NCBI RefSeq assembly: GCF_004376175.1
Contig: NZ_SNUY01000046.1
Coordinates: 1 to 32,000, forward strand
Reading direction: 5' to 3'
DNA from: Halalkalibacterium halodurans
GTDB lineage: Bacteria; Bacillota; Bacilli; Bacillales; Bacillaceae_D
DNA length: 32,000 bases
In this document: positions 27,702 to 32,000 of the stretch, in pieces
Position numbering within the stretch: position 1 is the stretch's first letter
Layout of the letters: the number at the start of each line of letters is the position of its first letter
Position numbers and translations under genes: made by a program
Notes under the pieces: model-generated
What the model was told of the DNA's origin: nothing
The model's database searches: none
What the model saw: the letters and a program-made list of their open reading frames with translations, nothing else

Positions 27702-29588
27702 TTATTCCTCTTTTAGTTCAAAACGGGTTGCACCTTTAATCACCTTCGTCTGACGGTGACCGTAAATTTTCATTAAAAGGGTACCATTCGCTTCTGTATC
27801 GGATAAGGAAAACGTGGATTCATATGGTAAGTAGCGATGCCCTGCTATTCTTAAAAGATGAGGCCCGTTTTTTTCTACCACTGATCCATCTCGATCCACA
27901 TAAACAAACTGTTGTTCAAAATCATAAGGAAACACCTCTTGACCTTGCCCCGTCTCAAGGACGAAATGAAGGGCGTCATAAGGCCGGTCCGCGGAACGAT
28001 CCTCCCTCATACGAAAGGTCCATTCGCCATTTTTTCGCTCGCGAATAAACGTTATCGGTGAACCGAGATAGTAAACGGTGGCGTAATTCTGGCCGTTAAA
28101 ATCGAGCGGAATCTCTTGATAATATTCCACATTCTCAACGACGGTCGGGTCGATCAGTTCAACAGATGTCACATCGACAGGCTCCATCGGTTGAAAAGCG
28201 ACTTTAAACTGCGTTTCCTCCCCCTCGGTATTCATATGAAACGAAAGGCTGTTCTGATTACGAACACGGTATTTATCGTTGATCATAAGCTCATGCAAGG
28301 AATAACTAATCTCGTATCCGAACCGATATTCAGGATCACGAACCGCGAAATCAGCGATCGTGGCTGTCGGTGCGAAGGTTAACGATTTTAACGTTAATTC
28401 CCATCCATCTAGAGTTGATGTCTCATTCACATCGACGACCGTAACAGGTTCACGCTCCACCTCGACACTAACCGACCATTCCCCAACTTGCTCAACTGGA
28501 TTCTCCTCTTTTAGCTGGACAGGATACAGGCGCTGGAGCTCTACATGAATCATACCTTTCTTTTCAGGAATCGGTGGTAAAATAATAATTCCTGTGCTTA
28601 CATTCTCATCAAATGTCAATGGTTCAATCCGCATGCTATCCCCTCTTTTAATAAGAGGCTTCAGCTGCCCACTTTCACTTTCAAACATCACCTGTCGTCC
28701 ATATTCTGGGAACAACGTTGTGTTTCCCTTCACGTTTTTCACTTCGTAATAGAGATACGTTTGCATTTCATCTGCCACAACATCGGTGATGGCAAAGCGC
28801 ACCCCGCTGTCCTCCGCGGTCACATACATGGCATACCCCTTGAACATAGACCACCATTGATGAAGCCGCTCACTACCCGCAGGGGTCATCGATAAACCGA
28901 CACCGAGGAGGAGAACCGCCGCTAAACCACCCACTAACGTCAGTCGCCTTTTTCGAGCCCGTTGTTTTTTTCTCATGTACCAATCGATCCATTGCTCAAG
29001 CTCTTCAAAAAATTGATCAGATGGCTGCCGCGTACTGACATCTCGTTGAAAGCTTTCAATTGCCTGTTTAAATGCTCGTTCCTTTTCACGACACGACCCG
29101 CATGAAGCTAAGTGCTCTTTGACCTTGTGTTTTTCAAGGAAATTTAAGTGTCCATCCATATATTCGAACATAATCCGGCCCGAAAGCGAACACGAATCAT
29201 GTTCCTTCCCTGACCGAGCGCCTAACGTCACAAGACCTGCGAACTTTTCGTTTAGCACTCGTTCATGTTTAACATTCACCATTCGACTAATCGTCTCTAC
29301 GGGCAGCTTTGCGATATAGGAAAGAACGATGACATCTTTCGTAAGCCCTTTTAATTCGGCTTCCATCCTCCCTTTCTTTTTCCGATGAACATGCCGATAA
29401 ATGGCCTTAACAAGCTGCTCATGGGAAAACGGTTGTGACGAATGGCGATCTAATTCAATTAGTATTTTTGCAAATAATAAGGGAATCTCTTTTTCTTCTA
29501 CATAAAAAGAAGCGATCTGGTAATAGGGCGTGCCATGCTGTTTCAGCCACGTCAGAAGGTCATGACCTCTTTTCTCTTGTCTTTCCAT
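27702..29588 (-). CDS. Single-polypeptide ECF-sigma-like domain + zinc-binding anti-sigma (ZAS) + TM + large extracytoplasmic domain (DUF4179-like)
   Basis: 628 aa. Residues 1-125 resemble a compact ECF sigma: a degenerate region 2, then a region 4 HTH (LKGLTKDVIVLSYIAKLPVETISRMVNVKHERVLNEKF). An HxxxCxxC motif follows (EHLASCGSC), then one TM helix (LTLVGGLAAVLLLGVGLSM) and about 400 extracytoplasmic residues. AAGGGGG SD is upstream. Confidence 0.75.
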   Translation of the reverse strand: MERQEKRGHDLLTWLKQHGTPYYQIASFYVEEKEIPLLFAKILIELDRHSSQPFSHEQLVKAIYRHVHRKKKGRMEAELKGLTKDVIVLSYIAKLPVETISRMVNVKHERVLNEKFAGLVTLGARSGKEHDSCSLSGRIMFEYMDGHLNFLEKHKVKEHLASCGSCREKERAFKQAIESFQRDVSTRQPSDQFFEELEQWIDWYMRKKQRARKRRLTLVGGLAAVLLLGVGLSMTPAGSERLHQWWSMFKGYAMYVTAEDSGVRFAITDVVADEMQTYLYYEVKNVKGNTTLFPEYGRQVMFESESGQLKPLIKRGDSMRIEPLTFDENVSTGIIILPPIPEKKGMIHVELQRLYPVQLKEENPVEQVGEWSVSVEVEREPVTVVDVNETSTLDGWELTLKSLTFAPTATIADFAVRDPEYRFGYEISYSLHELMINDKYRVRNQNSLSFHMNTEGEETQFKVAFQPMEPVDVTSVELIDPTVVENVEYYQEIPLDFNGQNYATVYYLGSPITFIRERKNGEWTFRMREDRSADRPYDALHFVLETGQGQEVFPYDFEQQFVYVDRDGSVVEKNGPHLLRIAGHRYLPYESTFSLSDTEANGTLLMKIYGHRQTKVIKGATRFELKEE

Positions 29589-29709
29589 TTGTCGCCCCCT
29601 TTTCTCTCCATACTACTTCCTCTCTCCTCCACCATTATACTACAGAATCCCACCAAAAAATCATTGATCGAACGGCACATATTTGCTTAATCTAAATATA
29701 TGAACTTGA

Positions 29710-30132
<423 letters not shown>

Positions 30133-30248
30133 CGTTATTACTATTAAGTTACTCGGCATCATTTATCACCTTAAGGATATCACGGCTCAAATCATTAGGA
30201 TAAAAAATAACATATAAGCTTCCACTAAAAAGATCAATTTTATTGAGC

Positions 30249-30390
30249 ATGAATCATTATTATAAGCCAATTGGCAAAAGAGAAAGGCCTGGTCATCCAC
30301 ACATTAAGGTATTCCGGGAAAGAAGGTCTTTTACCGAATATTCAGTACGAATACTGTCAAGGTATCTTTTTTGTGTATACGCATAATTAG
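30249..30390 (+). pseudogene. MerR-family regulator N-terminal remnant (frameshifted and truncated)
   Basis: ATG at 30249 (MNHYYK) is followed, in another frame from 30265, by SQLAKEKGLVIHTLRYSGKEGLLPNIQ. This is a MerR HTH with the degenerate signature RYSGKEGLL in place of RYYEKEGLL. It ends at TAG 30388-30390 and has no effector domain. Confidence 0.6.
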
Positions 30391-30654
30391 ACGGACGTTT
30401 CTGGTGGACAAAAACAGCGTGTCGCCATTGGTAGAGCATTAATTAATGAACCAAGGTTAATTTTGGCAGATGAACCGACAGGAGCATTGGACCAAAAGAC
30501 ATCAAAAGAAATTATGGAAATATTAAACAAACTACACAAGGAAGGAAAAACAGTGATCATTGTTACTCATGATCCTTTTGTTGCGGATTATTGTGATAGA
30601 ATCATCCAGTTGGAGGACGGAAAGGTCGTGTCAGATACGTCTAAAGCAGTATAA
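30391..30654 (+). pseudogene. ABC transporter ATP-binding protein, 3' fragment only
   Basis: The frame reads (T)DVSGGQKQRVAIGRALINEPRLILADEPTGALDQKTSKEIMEILNKLHKEGKTVIIVTHDPFVADYCDRIIQLEDGKVV. This covers the signature, Walker B, D-loop and H-loop but not Walker A. A stop lies directly upstream. Confidence 0.85.
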
Positions 30655-31097
30655 ATTGAGAGTATAGATTCTTTTGTGCAAATGAGAATTGCTCCAAATA
30701 AACGAAGAAGGCTTTACGTGGAGATGTGGGCATGCTAGACTTAGCAGACCGTTATGTCGCTAGTAATCATGCCCCCCAAGGCTCCATGTCAAGCAGAAAA
30801 CCAATCCGTACTAGACCGAAAGCCCCCACGTAAGCCGATCTTCAAAATAAATGGCTAGCTATAACATCATTCTGGCCAATCTCTTATCAGCATCGGTCAA
30901 TTTTTAATTTTTCCGTCGTAGCTAAATAAATAATCTTTTAATTCCTCATCTATCGGATAGGCTATTTTTGCTAAGCTGTCTATGATAACCGTTTTAGATC
31001 CTTCTTCTGCATCGCAGGTGGGTAAGTAAAAATAATCGGGTGTTTCTGCAACTGTTGTCAACAATCCGTTAAGTTGAGCCTAATAAGATAATAGCTC

Positions 31098-31991
31098 TTA
31101 TTTCTCACCGCTTCGTTTTTTTACAGGGATGTAGATGTCCATCTCTATGTTCTCTGTTCCATGGCACCTTTCGTCATACAGCTCGAATTCCACTACTCCA
31201 TTGTGTTCATAATCCGATTGTGGAAACCATTCTGTAAAAATATAATTCCATGTGGACTGAATGGAAGAAGTAAACGATTCCTCATTTGCCTTCGGTGTAG
31301 TGAACACTGCATACTCCAGTTCGGGAAAACTTTTATACACCATCCCTTCAGGTGTTTTTGTTCCCTTCTCTACTTCCATTCCGATTACATACACGAACTC
31401 ACCTGTCCCAGGATTAAACTCCGTGCAAATGCCGAGTTCCACATGTTTGTGTAGCGGATTCGGAATAGTGCAGCCTAATTTATTTTTCAAATAATGCTGC
31501 CAAAATTCAGGAATGTCTTTATTGTTTTGACCGTCTGCATTTTTCGTTTTAAGTTCGTATCCAATGATGTGAAAAGCAGGTTTCGTGACAAATTTCGGTT
31601 CCATCTTATGACCTCCTAGCCAAAGTTTTTTACCGAGACAGGCTTTTCCACGAAGGGGGCTGGATATTCTTTTTGCGTTTCGGTATTGTCTCGGTGAAAC
31701 GCCATAGATCTTCTTGAACGCCCGATTAAACGACTCTTGGTATTGAAACCCAACCTCAATTGCAATCGTTATCACCTTTTCATCTGTATAGAATAAGCGT
31801 TCTGCTGCACAAATCAGCCTTCGCTTTCTAATATAATCCATCACAGATTCTCCCACTATTGCCTGGAAGACACGATGATAATGAAACGGTGAAAAGCAAG
31901 CGATCTTTGCTAATTGCTCCAGAGTCATTTGTTCCTGAAGGTTTTCTTCAATGTAATCAAGCGTTCGTTGGATACAAACCACATAATCCAT
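31098..31991 (-). CDS. AraC-family transcriptional regulator with a GyrI-like effector-binding domain
   Basis: An N-terminal double HTH (LEQLAKIACFSPFHYHRVFQ...; IAIEVGFQYQESFNRAFKKIYGVSPRQYR) and a C-terminal GyrI/SOUL-like domain (IIGYELKT...FELYD). Confidence 0.9.
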   Translation of the reverse strand: MDYVVCIQRTLDYIEENLQEQMTLEQLAKIACFSPFHYHRVFQAIVGESVMDYIRKRRLICAAERLFYTDEKVITIAIEVGFQYQESFNRAFKKIYGVSPRQYRNAKRISSPLRGKACLGKKLWLGGHKMEPKFVTKPAFHIIGYELKTKNADGQNNKDIPEFWQHYLKNKLGCTIPNPLHKHVELGICTEFNPGTGEFVYVIGMEVEKGTKTPEGMVYKSFPELEYAVFTTPKANEESFTSSIQSTWNYIFTEWFPQSDYEHNGVVEFELYDERCHGTENIEMDIYIPVKKRSGEK

Positions 31992-32000
31992 TCCCCTTCA

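Noticed and set aside
30897-31079. A 60-codon open frame downstream of the AraC gene (AQLNGLLTTVAETPDYFYLPTCDAEEGSKTVIIDSLAKIAYPIDEELKDYLFSYDGKIKN*).
   Set aside because: It has no ATG and only internal TTG codons without an SD. It is most likely the C-terminal fragment of a lost gene, so it is reported only as part of the decay patch.

Overview
This window is a low-GC Firmicute (Bacillaceae-type) chromosomal segment. All homology statements rest on motif reading and remembered family features; no database search was possible.

**Backbone.** Gene order matches the B. subtilis yurU-yusN region as I remember it, and nearly all genes from 499 to 24404 lie on the minus strand:
- sufC-sufD-sufS-sufU-sufB
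- a yurZ-like CMD protein
- metN-metP-metQ behind an S-box (SAM-I) riboswitch
- an MFS transporter
- yusG-gcvH and yusI
- fadN-fadA-fadE with a FadR-type operator

The right third carries two CotF-like genes, a GntR/ABC/membrane module, a large sigma/anti-sigma fusion membrane protein, yjbQ, a patch of gene debris and an AraC/GyrI regulator.

**Accessory material.**
- A frameshifted integrase remnant lies at the left edge.
- An IS630-family element (16-bp inverted repeats, A7 frameshift site) sits just upstream of the suf promoter.
- A roughly 5-kb insertion lies between the yurZ-like gene and metQ.

**Main finding.** That insertion holds an atypical agr-like peptide-signalling cassette, read on the minus strand in this order:
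1. A sensor-less KinA-type histidine kinase.
2. A 7-TM AgrC-like protein whose ATPase N-box and G-box are degenerate.
3. AgrB, with its catalytic His and Cys intact.
4. An IS110-family insertion.
5. An unannotated 40-aa AgrD-like propeptide that has Ser where the ring-forming Cys normally sits. It has its own Shine-Dalgarno sequence and terminator.

No AgrA/LytTR regulator is present in the window. The long GC-rich 3' non-coding arm of the IS110 element is a candidate bridge/seek RNA.

No tRNA, rRNA or CRISPR array was seen.
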